A DNA stretch of 64,000 nt from a bacterium. GTDB lineage: Bacteria > Krumholzibacteriota > Krumholzibacteriia > LZORAL124-64-63. Shown here one piece after another: positions 49,163 to 58,634 of the stretch; within the stretch, counting starts at the first letter, position 1; every line of letters starts with the position of its first letter. The DNA lies in assembly GCA_031441465.1 (NCBI GenBank), contig JANOEP010000013.1, positions 1-64,000 on the forward strand, written 5' to 3'. The translations under genes and the position numbers were made by a program. The notes under the pieces were generated by a model. That model did not search any database and had not been told where the DNA came from. It was given only the letters and a program-made list of their open reading frames with translations.

Positions 49163-52100
49163 TTTCAAGAGGAGCATCTTGCGCGTGGACACGCCGTCCG
49201 TTCCCGAGAGCCGCGCGAAATAGGTGCCGCTGGCCACGCCGTTGCCGTCGTCGTCGCGGCCGTCCCACGTCGCCTCGTGCCGGCCGACCTCCAGTTCGGC
49301 CGCCAGCAGCCGGCGGACCGGCCGGCCGCGCACGTCGAACACCTCGAGCGTGACGCGGCCGTCGCGCGCGAGGTCGAAGGCGATCCGCGTGCTGGGGTTG
49401 AACGGGTTGGGCGTGATCTCCCGCACCGCCGTCACGGCGGGTGGGCCACCATCTCCCGGCACCGGGGTGGTGCCCGGGTTGAAGGTCAGCTCGTACTGCC
49501 CCGCCTTGGCGACGTCGGCCGCGCCGACCTTCCAGATCGCGAGGCAGTAGTACCCGTCCTGCGGCACGATCGCGGGCAGGCTCTCGTCCTGGCCCGCGCC
49601 GGCGATCCAGCTCTGGGCGACGATGCCGGCCGAGGCCGACTTGGCGTGGTACGGCAGCTGGCCGCGGTGCAGGGTCAGGCCCCAGTCGACGCCGTCGCCG
49701 CCCGTGTCGCGCAGTTCGATCAACAGCGGTCCGGCCGGCAGCCAAACATCGTACAGCTTGATCAGGTTCGTGGCGGCGAAATTGAAGGGGCCGTAGTCGC
49801 CCTGCGGATCTATGTCCAGCAACGACGACACCGCCGCGTGCACCCGGTAGCTCTCGACGCCGTCGAAGCCGAGCGCTCCGACGTCGAACTGCCGCGGCGT
49901 CGTGGCCCGGCAGTTCACGAGCACATATTCGGATTCGGCCGGACCCCAGACCGACACGGCATGGGCCTCGCGGAAGCCATGCAGCGGCGAGTCGGTCTTC
50001 TCGTGCAGGCGCAGGTCGACGTCGCTGGCCGCGCCCGGGAGCGCCGCGACCGCCACCCACCACCCGTTGTCGCCGGAGGGTGCCGGCACGGGAGAGCGCA
50101 GGCCGTCGCAGTTGTACCATGTCGGAGCCGAACTCCAGGCCATCACGTCGGTGAAGCCGCCCGTGGGGTCCGGCGGCGCCGTGCGGTTGATGACCGATCC
50201 GGCCGTCAGGTTCATCGGCGACCAGACGTACTGTGTGCCCATGGCGTTGTTGGTCTCGTCACCCTCGATCACGTCGTCGCCTGCGTCGGGGAACATCGAC
50301 AGGGTGTGCCGGCCGCCGCGGATGTTCTGGGCGGTCGGGAAGTTGCGGATGCGGTCGGTGAAGCCGGCCAGCATGGAGATCTGCTCGCCCAGCAGCGCCA
50401 CCCCGTCCAGGTAGGTCATGCTGTCGAACGGCCCGGCCGTGCCCGCCTCCTGGTTGCGGAACTGGGCGTTGATGTAGGTCACGGTCGCGTTGCCCACCAG
50501 CGTCCCCGGCAGCGGGGTCGAGGCCGGGGTGCCTGGCATGGGGTAGGTGGGCACCAGGGGCGCGTGCCAGCCGGCCGTTGTCAGCGGTACGAAGTCGGGC
50601 CTCCGCACGAACGCGCGCACCGTCACGCCGAAGTGTCCCGACCCTCCGGCCGGGATGTCCCGCGGATCCTGCCAGACGGCGAGGCCCTGCGTGGTGCCAC
50701 CGTAGGTGAAGTTGACCTTCGCGAACCCGTCGGCGTCGGTGACGGCCTGGTCCCAGATGTCGCCGAGGCCCCCGTCGGCGAGGCCGGAGTGCATGACCTT
50801 CATGCGCACCGGTCCGACCGCCGGATCCACCTGCAGGGTGACCGTGCCGTAGTTGGTGCCCGAGCCGCCCGACATCGTGAAGTGGCGCATCGCCAGCGGC
50901 TCGATCGGGCTCAGCGGGAACCGCACGTCGCTGCCGGTCGGCATCAGGGTGCTGAACATCCGGCGGATCTTGAAGCCGTAGCCGTCGAAGTCGTGGTTGA
51001 CGACCCCGACGTCGAAGACGGTCTGCGTCGTCTGGCTGTTGTTGACGAAGACGCCCTCGATGCAGCCGGCCGGCCGGGCGCTGAACGCCTCGATGTCGAA
51101 GTAGCCGAACCCGGAGGTCGGCCCGGTCGTGTGCGCGTGCAGCCGCAGGTCGAAGTCCGAGGCGTCGTCGTCGGCGACCATGACCGCGCCGACGAACGGG
51201 TCGGAGTTCAGGCCGAAGGCGAAGCCGTCGCAGTTCGGCGCCGCGAACAAGCCCGGGTTGAAGCCGCCCCAGGCGTCGGGCGGGCGCGGCCGATCGACCC
51301 AGGTGCCGTTCGTGTAGAGGGTGAAGGGGTACCAGACGAACTGGCGCACGTAGATGTTGTCGGCCTCGTCGACCTCGGGCATCTGCTCGTAGGCGTCCGC
51401 CCACATCATGACTGCGTGGCGGCCGCCCTTGACCTCCGCGGGGCCGATGTTCATGTAGGGGCGGTCTTGGTAGCCGTCCAGCGTCAAGATGTTCATGTAC
51501 CACCACAACGCGCCGTCCACCATCAGGTTCAGGCGCAGAGTGGGGCTGGTGGCCAGTTCGCCGGAGTTGCCGATGCGCACGTTCATGAAGGTGTCGCCGT
51601 TGCCGACCAGCACCGCCGGCAGCGGCGCGCTCGTGTAGGTCGCGTTGCCGGTGATGCGCGGCACGACCGGGTAGGGCCAGTAGCCGCCGTCGATGGCCTC
51701 GAGATTGGCCGCGGTCCAGGTGCGGATGGTCACCGGTCCGAACGAGGCGTGCGTGCCCGCGTTGACGGCGCGGTCGACGGCGCGGACGGTGAACCAGTAG
51801 GTCCCGGGTGCGAGGTCGTCCGAGGTCCACGCGGTCGCCGTGGTCTCGATGGTCACATCCGGGATCAGGCCGGCGGCGGTGCCGACGCGCACGCTGTAGC
51901 CGTTGACGCCGGAATCCTCGTCGTTGGCGGCGTTCCAGACCAGTACGACCGTGCCGTCGGGCGAGTCGCCGGAGGTGGCGTGGCTGAGCGAGGAGAGCCC
52001 GGACAGGGCCGAGGGCGCCTGCGTGTCGAGCCCGTTGAAGCGCGCGTTGGCGGCCGCCATCCAGATGACGTCCCGGGATTCGGGGTAGCGCGTCCGCAGA

Positions 52101-53683
52101 CGGGCGATGAGCCCCGCCGGCGTGGTGGGGTCGTAGGCGGCCTGGGTGGACAGGATCCGCTCCGCCGACCAGGTCACGGCGTCGGCGCCGCCGGGCAGGG
52201 CGTTCGGGTCGGTTTCGTTGTTGTTGTCGACCAGGTCCTGCAGGAAGGCGGCGATATTGCCCTCGGTCTTCCAGGGGTCGTCGAATTCGTTGAGGTCGTT
52301 CCAGCCGCACTCGTCCACGGACTCCCAGTCGGACTCGAAGATCGCGGAGAAGCCGTAGGCCGACGGCCAGGACGCGGTGACCGCGTTGGAGATCCAGTCA
52401 GGGAAGCCTTCCCCCAGCGCGTCACCCGTGGTCTCCTCGCACCAGGGGCAGTGGCGGCACTCCCCGGCGGGATCGTCGCAGCGACCGCCCGAGTTGCAGT
52501 AATCGGACCCGTCGATATCGGTGAAGTCCTGCTGCCAGTGGTGGCCGTACTCGTGGCAGATGGTACCCTCGTACCACTGTTTGAACTCGGGGATGTAGAC
52601 CGTTTCCCAAACCGAATTGTAATGGGGCCAGTCGGAGTCGGGCCAGGAGATGAGCAGGCCGTCGATGCTGCCGTAGCCGTTCGCGTGCATCCAGCGCCAG
52701 GTGCGCGTGGCCGTGGCCAGCTGGTTCAAGCCCGCGTAGTGCGATTCGGACGCCGGGTGACGCAGACCCCAGTTGATGTCGGTCCCGCTGTAGTCCTCCT
52801 TGGTCGGCGTGTTCCACCGGTAGGAGACGTTCCAGATGCTCGGGTAGACCAGGTCGACCTTGTTGTTGGCGGCGAGGAACTCCACGTAGATGTCCGGAGC
52901 TTCGGCGTCGTCGTACCAGAACGTCAGGTCGTAGGTGCCGTCGGGGCCCAGCGAGGTCTGCGCCAGCAGGTCGTCCCACTCCCAGTCGGAGTCGTAGACG
53001 TTCACCGTGACGCCGTCGGCGCCCATGGTGCGGCCGTCCCCCTCGTAGTTCCCGTCGATGTCGTGCGAGTTGCGGTAATAGACGAAGCGGCCACGGACGC
53101 GGATGCTGCGGCCGGTGGCGGGGTTCGCCGGCATGTCCTTGCGCATGTCCCGCACGTTCTTGCGCGTGATGGGCGCCGGGTCCGGGCGCGCGAACTCGTC
53201 GTCCGTCGTCCAGGTCGGGCCCTGGTCGCTGTCGAAAGTCATGATCGTCTCGGAGCCGCCCATGGCCGCGTTCAGGTTCTGCGGCAGCAGGTAGAAGCGC
53301 TGCATCGCGGTGCGGCCCTCGACCTCCAGGGAGATCTCGATCGGCTGCGCCGGGTCGTTGCACTGCAACTGCACCGGGATCGTCGTCGGCTGCATCGCGA
53401 CCAGCCGGGTGCCAGCCGGCAGCGGAAAGCTGGCCACCTCCCAGGCGAACTGGCCCGCCGGCGTGCGGCCGGAGCGCACAGTGGGTGCCGTCACGGTGGA
53501 GGAGGTCGCGCTCGTGATCTCGAAATCGAAGCTGAACGTCTGCCCGGCCACCGGGTAGGCGCCGTCCGGCGCGTGCAGCACCATCTTCACTTCCGGTCCC
53601 ATATCGGCGAAGGCCGGCGCCGCGAGAGCCAGCAGCAGCAGGAGGGTTGACGGGCTGCGTCGCCCCGATGTGATGATCCTCAT
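49160..53683 (-). CDS. 1507-aa secreted multidomain zinc metallopeptidase-like protein with FlgD-Ig type C-terminal domain
   Basis: Signal peptide, HEYGHH plus downstream EGFPD, Fn3-like segment (LVWNA..Y..YWFTVRAVD), two ~370-aa repeats with CARDB-like ExDExNN, PNPFNP..WDG tail; AGGAGG RBS. Confidence 0.85.
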   Translation of the reverse strand: MRIITSGRRSPSTLLLLLALAAPAFADMGPEVKMVLHAPDGAYPVAGQTFSFDFEITSATSSTVTAPTVRSGRTPAGQFAWEVASFPLPAGTRLVAMQPTTIPVQLQCNDPAQPIEISLEVEGRTAMQRFYLLPQNLNAAMGGSETIMTFDSDQGPTWTTDDEFARPDPAPITRKNVRDMRKDMPANPATGRSIRVRGRFVYYRNSHDIDGNYEGDGRTMGADGVTVNVYDSDWEWDDLLAQTSLGPDGTYDLTFWYDDAEAPDIYVEFLAANNKVDLVYPSIWNVSYRWNTPTKEDYSGTDINWGLRHPASESHYAGLNQLATATRTWRWMHANGYGSIDGLLISWPDSDWPHYNSVWETVYIPEFKQWYEGTICHEYGHHWQQDFTDIDGSDYCNSGGRCDDPAGECRHCPWCEETTGDALGEGFPDWISNAVTASWPSAYGFSAIFESDWESVDECGWNDLNEFDDPWKTEGNIAAFLQDLVDNNNETDPNALPGGADAVTWSAERILSTQAAYDPTTPAGLIARLRTRYPESRDVIWMAAANARFNGLDTQAPSALSGLSSLSHATSGDSPDGTVVLVWNAANDEDSGVNGYSVRVGTAAGLIPDVTIETTATAWTSDDLAPGTYWFTVRAVDRAVNAGTHASFGPVTIRTWTAANLEAIDGGYWPYPVVPRITGNATYTSAPLPAVLVGNGDTFMNVRIGNSGELATSPTLRLNLMVDGALWWYMNILTLDGYQDRPYMNIGPAEVKGGRHAVMMWADAYEQMPEVDEADNIYVRQFVWYPFTLYTNGTWVDRPRPPDAWGGFNPGLFAAPNCDGFAFGLNSDPFVGAVMVADDDASDFDLRLHAHTTGPTSGFGYFDIEAFSARPAGCIEGVFVNNSQTTQTVFDVGVVNHDFDGYGFKIRRMFSTLMPTGSDVRFPLSPIEPLAMRHFTMSGGSGTNYGTVTLQVDPAVGPVRMKVMHSGLADGGLGDIWDQAVTDADGFAKVNFTYGGTTQGLAVWQDPRDIPAGGSGHFGVTVRAFVRRPDFVPLTTAGWHAPLVPTYPMPGTPASTPLPGTLVGNATVTYINAQFRNQEAGTAGPFDSMTYLDGVALLGEQISMLAGFTDRIRNFPTAQNIRGGRHTLSMFPDAGDDVIEGDETNNAMGTQYVWSPMNLTAGSVINRTAPPDPTGGFTDVMAWSSAPTWYNCDGLRSPVPAPSGDNGWWVAVAALPGAASDVDLRLHEKTDSPLHGFREAHAVSVWGPAESEYVLVNCRATTPRQFDVGALGFDGVESYRVHAAVSSLLDIDPQGDYGPFNFAATNLIKLYDVWLPAGPLLIELRDTGGDGVDWGLTLHRGQLPYHAKSASAGIVAQSWIAGAGQDESLPAIVPQDGYYCLAIWKVGAADVAKAGQYELTFNPGTTPVPGDGGPPAVTAVREITPNPFNPSTRIAFDLARDGRVTLEVFDVRGRPVRRLLAAELEVGRHEATWDGRDDDGNGVASGTYFARLSGTDGVSTRKMLLLK

Positions 53684-53694
53684 GACAGGTCCTC

Positions 53695-54150
53695 CTACTT
53701 GCTGGTGGCGGCGGGGACCGCCGGGGCGTCGAGGCCGGTGTCGGCGACCAGCCGCGCGCGGGCGGCCGTCAGGGATTGGTCGAGTTCGGCGATCGCGTCG
53801 GGTTCGTTCCGCTCGCGCGCCAGCCGCAACTGGAGGTTCAGCAGATCGATCTCGAGCTGCAGCTTGAGCGCCGCGATCTCGTGCTGCGCCGCCGTCGCCG
53901 CGGTGGCGTCGGTCGCAACCGCATAGGTGGCAGTGAGTTCGGCGAGCCGGGCCCGGAACCGGTCACGGATCCCCGCGACTTCCCTCCCCAGCGGCGTGGT
54001 CGGCATGGCCGGCGATGTGTCCGAATCGGGCGCGACCAGGACGCCGGCCGTGTCGGGCGGGGCTATCCCAGTCTGGGCGTACGTCGCGGTGCCGAATCCC
54101 ATGACCGCGAGCAGCACTGCAGCGGTAACCCATTGTTTATAAAGGGACAT
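53695..54150 (-). CDS. Hypothetical secreted helical protein
   Basis: GGAGG RBS, signal peptide ending ATYA, coiled-coil-like body; ends 11 bp before the large gene. Confidence 0.7.
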   Translation of the reverse strand: MSLYKQWVTAAVLLAVMGFGTATYAQTGIAPPDTAGVLVAPDSDTSPAMPTTPLGREVAGIRDRFRARLAELTATYAVATDATAATAAQHEIAALKLQLEIDLLNLQLRLARERNEPDAIAELDQSLTAARARLVADTGLDAPAVPAATSK

Positions 54151-54319
54151 AACAATCCTCCTGCCATCTGGAGCCGTGAATCCGGCGGCCCACGGCGGTC
54201 GACCGGGGCGCCCTTGTTCACAGGGCATAACGGAGAAGTCCGGCCCATTGGGTCATGATTTCCGGCATATTTCGGACTAATTTTGTAGCTGATTTGGGAT
54301 CGGTCGGTACCATGTCCTC

Positions 54320-54931
54320 ATGGCAGCCGCAGAAGCACTCCGGGACGAAGCCGCGCGGACGCACCACGTCACGCTGGCCCTGCACGCCGCCCGCGACGGC
54401 GACCCTGCGGCGTTGAACGAGGCTTTTCGGCTGGTCTACGAGGACGTGAGCGCGATCGCCCGACGGCGGGTGGCGCGCCACGGCGGTAACCGGACGCTCG
54501 ACACCACGGCCGTGGTGCACGAGGCCTACCTCAAGATGGCGCGGCACGGCGAGATGGTCTGGCAGGACCGGCAACACTTCTTCGCGGTCGCCTCGGCCGC
54601 CATGCGCCAGGTCCTGCTGGACCACGCACGCCGCCGACAGAGCCTCAAGCGCGGCGCCGGCGCGGCTCACGTGCCGTACACCGAAGCGGACTCGGCCGTC
54701 GATTCCCAGACCCGCGACATCATCGCCCTCGACGCCGCGCTGACGCGGCTCGCCGCCCTGGACGACCAGTTGGCCCGCATCGTCGAGCTGCGCTATTTCG
54801 GCGGCCTGACCATCGAGGAGACCGCGCAGGCGGTCGGCGTGAGCGACGCCACCGTCAAACGGGCCTGGCGACGGGCGCGCGCCTTCCTGCACCACGAACT
54901 GGCGGGCCCATCCTTGGGTGGCGAACCATGA
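54320..54931 (+). CDS. ECF sigma factor, kinase-associated type (ECF43 / TIGR02999-like)
   Basis: TLDTTAVVHEAYLK, HFFAVA..AMRQVLLDHAR, LKRG, VELRYFGGLT; ATGA overlap with the kinase gene. Confidence 0.92.
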   Translation: MAAAEALRDEAARTHHVTLALHAARDGDPAALNEAFRLVYEDVSAIARRRVARHGGNRTLDTTAVVHEAYLKMARHGEMVWQDRQHFFAVASAAMRQVLLDHARRRQSLKRGAGAAHVPYTEADSAVDSQTRDIIALDAALTRLAALDDQLARIVELRYFGGLTIEETAQAVGVSDATVKRAWRRARAFLHHELAGPSLGGEP

Positions 54932-57549
54932 GCACCGACGATCCCGCCCGCTGGCGGCGCCTCGACGCCGTCCTGGACGAGCTACTGGCGCTACCGCCGC
55001 ACGCCCGCACCGGCCGTCTCGACGAACTCGCGGGGAACGACCGGGAATTGCGTGCCGAAGTCGAAGCGTTGCTGCACTGCGACGAGACCGACGACGGCTT
55101 GCTCGATCATCCCGCCTCCGACCATTTCGGCGCTCTGCTCGCCGCCTCCCCTCAACTCGATGGGCCGGACACCGAACTGACCGGCAGGGAGGTGGGCCCT
55201 TTCCGGATCCTCGGCCGTCTCGGCGAGGGCGGCATGGGCGTCGTCTTCGAGGCGCGCCAGTCGCACCCGCCGCGCACCGTGGCCCTGAAGGTGCTGCGCG
55301 CCGGCGTGTTCGCGGGCACGCAGCAGCTGCGCATGTTCCGCCGCGAGGCGGAGAGCCTCGGACGGCTGAACCACCCCGGGATCGCCGCCATCCACGACGC
55401 CGGGCGCACCGGGGACGGGCTGCACTGGTTCGCCATGGAACGCGTGCACGGCGAATCCCTCGACGCCTGGTTGCGCGGGCGGCCGGCACCGGACACGCGC
55501 GCGGAGATCGCGGCCCGCACGGCGGTCTGCCTCGCGGTCTGCGACGCGATCTCGCACGCCCACCAGCGCGGCGTCGTGCACCTGGACCTCAAGCCCTCGA
55601 ACATCATGGTGCTGCCGCCGTCGGGCGACGCCGCGGCCGGACCCGCGGTGAAGGTGCTCGACTTCGGCATCGCCCGCATCACCGGCGGCGACGCGGCGCA
55701 GACGACCGTCGGCCACGAGGGGCGCGCCTTCGCGGGCACCCTGGCGTACATGAGCCCGGAGCAGGCCGGTGGCGACGTGCGCGACCTCGACGTGCGCAGC
55801 GACATCTACTCGCTCGGGGTATTGTACTACGAGATGCTCACGGGCCGCCTGCCGGTGGAGACGGGCGGCGCCGCGCTGCCGGAGGCCGTGCGCCTGATCC
55901 GCGAACAGGCGCCGGCAAGGCCCGCCGACCTCTGCCGGCTCCTGCGGGGCGATCCCGAGACGATCATCCTGAAGGCGCTCACCAAGGATCCGGCCCAGCG
56001 CTACCAGAGCGTCGCGGCCTTCGCCGAGGACATCCGCCGCAGCCGCGACAACCTGCCCATCCTCGGCCGGCCGCCGAGCACGGCGTACCAGCTGCGCAAG
56101 ATCGTCGTGCGCCACCGGGTGGCGATCGCGTTCGCGGGGGTGCTGCTGGCGGGCCTCGTCGCCGCGATCGGCGGAACCACCTTCGGCTTGGTGCGCGCCC
56201 GACGCGCCGAGGCCGCCGCCGAGCGGACGGCGGTCTTCCTGGAGTCCGTGTTCCGCGTCGCGGACCCGAGCGAGTCCCGCGGCGGCGCGGTGACCGCGCG
56301 CGAGCTGCTCGACCATGCGGTCGCCGACATCGACTCCCAACTCGTCGACCAGCCGCAGGTGCGCGGCCGGCTGCTCGCCTCGATGGGCAACGCCTACCGC
56401 CAACTCGGGCTGTACCGGGAGTCGCGGCCGCTGCTCGAGCAGGCGCTGGCGCTCGAGCGCGCGACGCTCGACGCGGACGACCCCCGCATCGCGCGCAGCC
56501 ACTACGTCCTGGCCGGCCTGCTGCGCCGGTTGCGGGAACTCGACGCCGCGCGCGAGCACTACCGGGCCGCGCTGGCCATCCGCGAGAAGGCGCGCAACCC
56601 CGACGACCTGGCCGTCAGCCTCACCGGCCTGGCGAACCTCGAGGTGGACGAGAGCCGCTTCGCCGAGGCCAGCGACCTGTACCGTCGCGCGATGGCCATC
56701 ACCGCCGAAAGCGCCGGCGGGGACTCGCCCCGCTACGCCGCGCACCTCTCGGGCCTGGCCCTCGCCCAGTGGCGTCTGGGGGAAGCCGACTCGGCCCGCG
56801 CCATGCTCGAGCGCGTCGTCGCGATCCAGCGGCGCACGCTGGCCCCGGACGACCTCGACCTCGCCTGGAGCCTGTCCACGCTGGGCAGCTTCTACGCCGA
56901 CGGCGAACAGACCGCGCGGGCCCGCGAACTCGGCGAAGAGGCCCTCGCGGTCCAGGAGCGCGCGCTCGGGCCCGACCACACCGACGTGGCCGAGACGCTC
57001 GACATGCTGGGCAACCTCAACCACAAGGAAGGCCACTTCGAGCGGGCGCTCGCCCTGCACCGGCGCGAAGCCAGGATCTGGGAGAAGGCCGTCGGCACCG
57101 AGCACCCGTACTACGGCATGGCCCTCGACAACTGCGCCAAGGACCTCTCCGGCGCCGGCCGCTGGGCCGAGGCGATCGCCGACGCGGTGCGCGCCCGCGA
57201 CATCCTGGCGCGAACGCTGCCCGCGGAGCATCGGGCCCTGACCTACAACCAGGTGAACCTCGCCGTGATGTTCCGCGGCGCCGGCGAACTCGGGCACGCA
57301 CGCACGCAGCTCGAGGCCGCCCTGGCCGTGCGCTCGCGGCTCTACGGCGACGACAGCCTCGAGGTGCTGGAAGTGGTGATCGAACTGGGACGGGTCAGCG
57401 CGTTGCAGGGGCGGCGCGACGAGGCGCGCGGGCATTACGAGCGGGCGCTGGCGATCGCCGGCTCACGGGAGGACGCCGCCGGGGAAATGGGCGCGATCAG
57501 GTCGGAGCTGGCGGGCGTCACGGCCGGGCGGCCAGCGCCCGGATCGTAG
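54928..57549 (+). CDS. Membrane Ser/Thr protein kinase with C-terminal TPR repeats
   Basis: GEGGMG, VALK, HLDLKPSN, DFG, YMSPE, DIYSLG, one TM segment, ~42-aa TPR repeats. Confidence 0.93.
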   Translation: MSTDDPARWRRLDAVLDELLALPPHARTGRLDELAGNDRELRAEVEALLHCDETDDGLLDHPASDHFGALLAASPQLDGPDTELTGREVGPFRILGRLGEGGMGVVFEARQSHPPRTVALKVLRAGVFAGTQQLRMFRREAESLGRLNHPGIAAIHDAGRTGDGLHWFAMERVHGESLDAWLRGRPAPDTRAEIAARTAVCLAVCDAISHAHQRGVVHLDLKPSNIMVLPPSGDAAAGPAVKVLDFGIARITGGDAAQTTVGHEGRAFAGTLAYMSPEQAGGDVRDLDVRSDIYSLGVLYYEMLTGRLPVETGGAALPEAVRLIREQAPARPADLCRLLRGDPETIILKALTKDPAQRYQSVAAFAEDIRRSRDNLPILGRPPSTAYQLRKIVVRHRVAIAFAGVLLAGLVAAIGGTTFGLVRARRAEAAAERTAVFLESVFRVADPSESRGGAVTARELLDHAVADIDSQLVDQPQVRGRLLASMGNAYRQLGLYRESRPLLEQALALERATLDADDPRIARSHYVLAGLLRRLRELDAAREHYRAALAIREKARNPDDLAVSLTGLANLEVDESRFAEASDLYRRAMAITAESAGGDSPRYAAHLSGLALAQWRLGEADSARAMLERVVAIQRRTLAPDDLDLAWSLSTLGSFYADGEQTARARELGEEALAVQERALGPDHTDVAETLDMLGNLNHKEGHFERALALHRREARIWEKAVGTEHPYYGMALDNCAKDLSGAGRWAEAIADAVRARDILARTLPAEHRALTYNQVNLAVMFRGAGELGHARTQLEAALAVRSRLYGDDSLEVLEVVIELGRVSALQGRRDEARGHYERALAIAGSREDAAGEMGAIRSELAGVTAGRPAPGS

Positions 57550-57551
57550 AC

Positions 57552-57950
57552 TCATCGGCGCCGGCGCGTGTTGCTCTCGAAGAACACCTTGACCTGCTCT
57601 TTCGAAATCGTGCCCGCCGCTACGCCGATCGTCATCTCCTCGAGATCTCGGTCGGCTGCCGTCAGTTCGCTGCCGTTGACCAGCAGGAACACTTCCGCCG
57701 TCGCGACGGCAACGCGCTTGTTTCCGTCCACGAACGGATGATTGACGCAGAGATGAAAGTGGTAGGCTGCGGCCATCGCCGGCAATCCCGGGTGAAGGTA
57801 GTTTCCCGAAAACATCGCTCGCGGCATCGCCACGGCCGACTCCAGCAACCCTCGATCACGCAGACCGGGATCGCCGCCGAACTCGGCAATCATCCGCGCC
57901 TGGATTTCCAACACTTGTCGGACCGTGAGGAAAAGGAGGGAATCCGTCAC
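57552..57950 (-). CDS. Doc (death-on-curing) family toxin
   Basis: GLRDRGLLESAV, HPFVDGNKR. Confidence 0.92.
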   Translation of the reverse strand: MTDSLLFLTVRQVLEIQARMIAEFGGDPGLRDRGLLESAVAMPRAMFSGNYLHPGLPAMAAAYHFHLCVNHPFVDGNKRVAVATAEVFLLVNGSELTAADRDLEEMTIGVAAGTISKEQVKVFFESNTRRRR

Positions 57951-58177
57951 TGCGCCAAGCGCCTCAACACCTGCCGCCTCTTCGCGACCACATCATCGAG
58001 TTCGTCATGAAAACTGCCCGCATCAGGTTGCCGTGGGTGGGCCGGCGTCACGATCAGGCTGCCGTCCTGGATCGTCAGCTGCACCTGTCCATCCTCTTCC
58101 AGTCCGAGAAGCTCCAGGATCGGCTTGTCGAGAATCAACGCGTTGCTGTTGCCAACTTTACAGAGTTGCTTGATCAT
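57947..58177 (-). CDS. AbrB/MazE-type antitoxin
   Basis: KVGNSNALIL swapped-hairpin motif, C-terminal LRRLA; overlaps the toxin start. Confidence 0.88.
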   Translation of the reverse strand: MIKQLCKVGNSNALILDKPILELLGLEEDGQVQLTIQDGSLIVTPAHPRQPDAGSFHDELDDVVAKRRQVLRRLAQ

Positions 58178-58189
58178 GTCGACCTCCGT

Positions 58190-58210
58190 GGTTATAACTA
58201 TATTATAACC
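58190..58210. promoter_or_regulatory. Palindromic operator overlapping the -10 of the Doc TA operon
   Basis: GGTTATAA-CTATA-TTATAACC; contains TATAAT on the minus strand. Confidence 0.65.
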
Positions 58211-58227
58211 AACTTACCGGCATTTCG

Positions 58228-58614
58228 TCAAGTCCCGCCGCGGCAGGCTCGCCCGCGCTTCTGCGCATTCTCCGCGATCCGCGCCCTGACCAGCCTGCGG
58301 ATCAGCGCCACCGGCAGCGGCTTGCCGGGTTGGAAGCGGATCGTGCCCTTACTGGTGTCGAACCCGGCGAGCACGTCCGCATGGTCGGCCACCGTGGCGG
58401 CGCTCATGGGGTAGAAGGCGCAGTGCTTGGCGGCCGCGCCGAAGGCCACGAGCGCCTTCCCGTCCAGGCGGAAGGCGGGCAGCCCGTAGCTGATGCACTC
58501 CTGCGCCCGCGGCGCCGCGGCCCGGATGGCCTTGCGGAGCCGCTCGAGCGCGAGCCGCTGGCCGTCGTCCAGCGCATCGAGGTATTCATCGATGCTGTTG
58601 GCTGCCGGTCTCAT
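58228..58614 (-). CDS. DUF1801 (YdhG-like) protein
   Basis: IDEYL, ISYGLPAF, HCAFYP, SKGTIRF. Alternative start at 58638. Confidence 0.88.
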   Translation of the reverse strand: MRPAANSIDEYLDALDDGQRLALERLRKAIRAAAPRAQECISYGLPAFRLDGKALVAFGAAAKHCAFYPMSAATVADHADVLAGFDTSKGTIRFQPGKPLPVALIRRLVRARIAENAQKRGRACRGGT

Positions 58615-58634
58615 CGTGATGGTCCCCTTCCACG

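Noticed and set aside
44515..49845. Diversity-generating retroelement (template and variable repeat pair)
   Set aside because: Differences between the copies are not confined to adenines on either strand, and no reverse transcriptase is present in the window.
49106..53650. 1514-aa plus-strand ORF
   Set aside because: Antisense to the protease gene, with no recognisable motifs.
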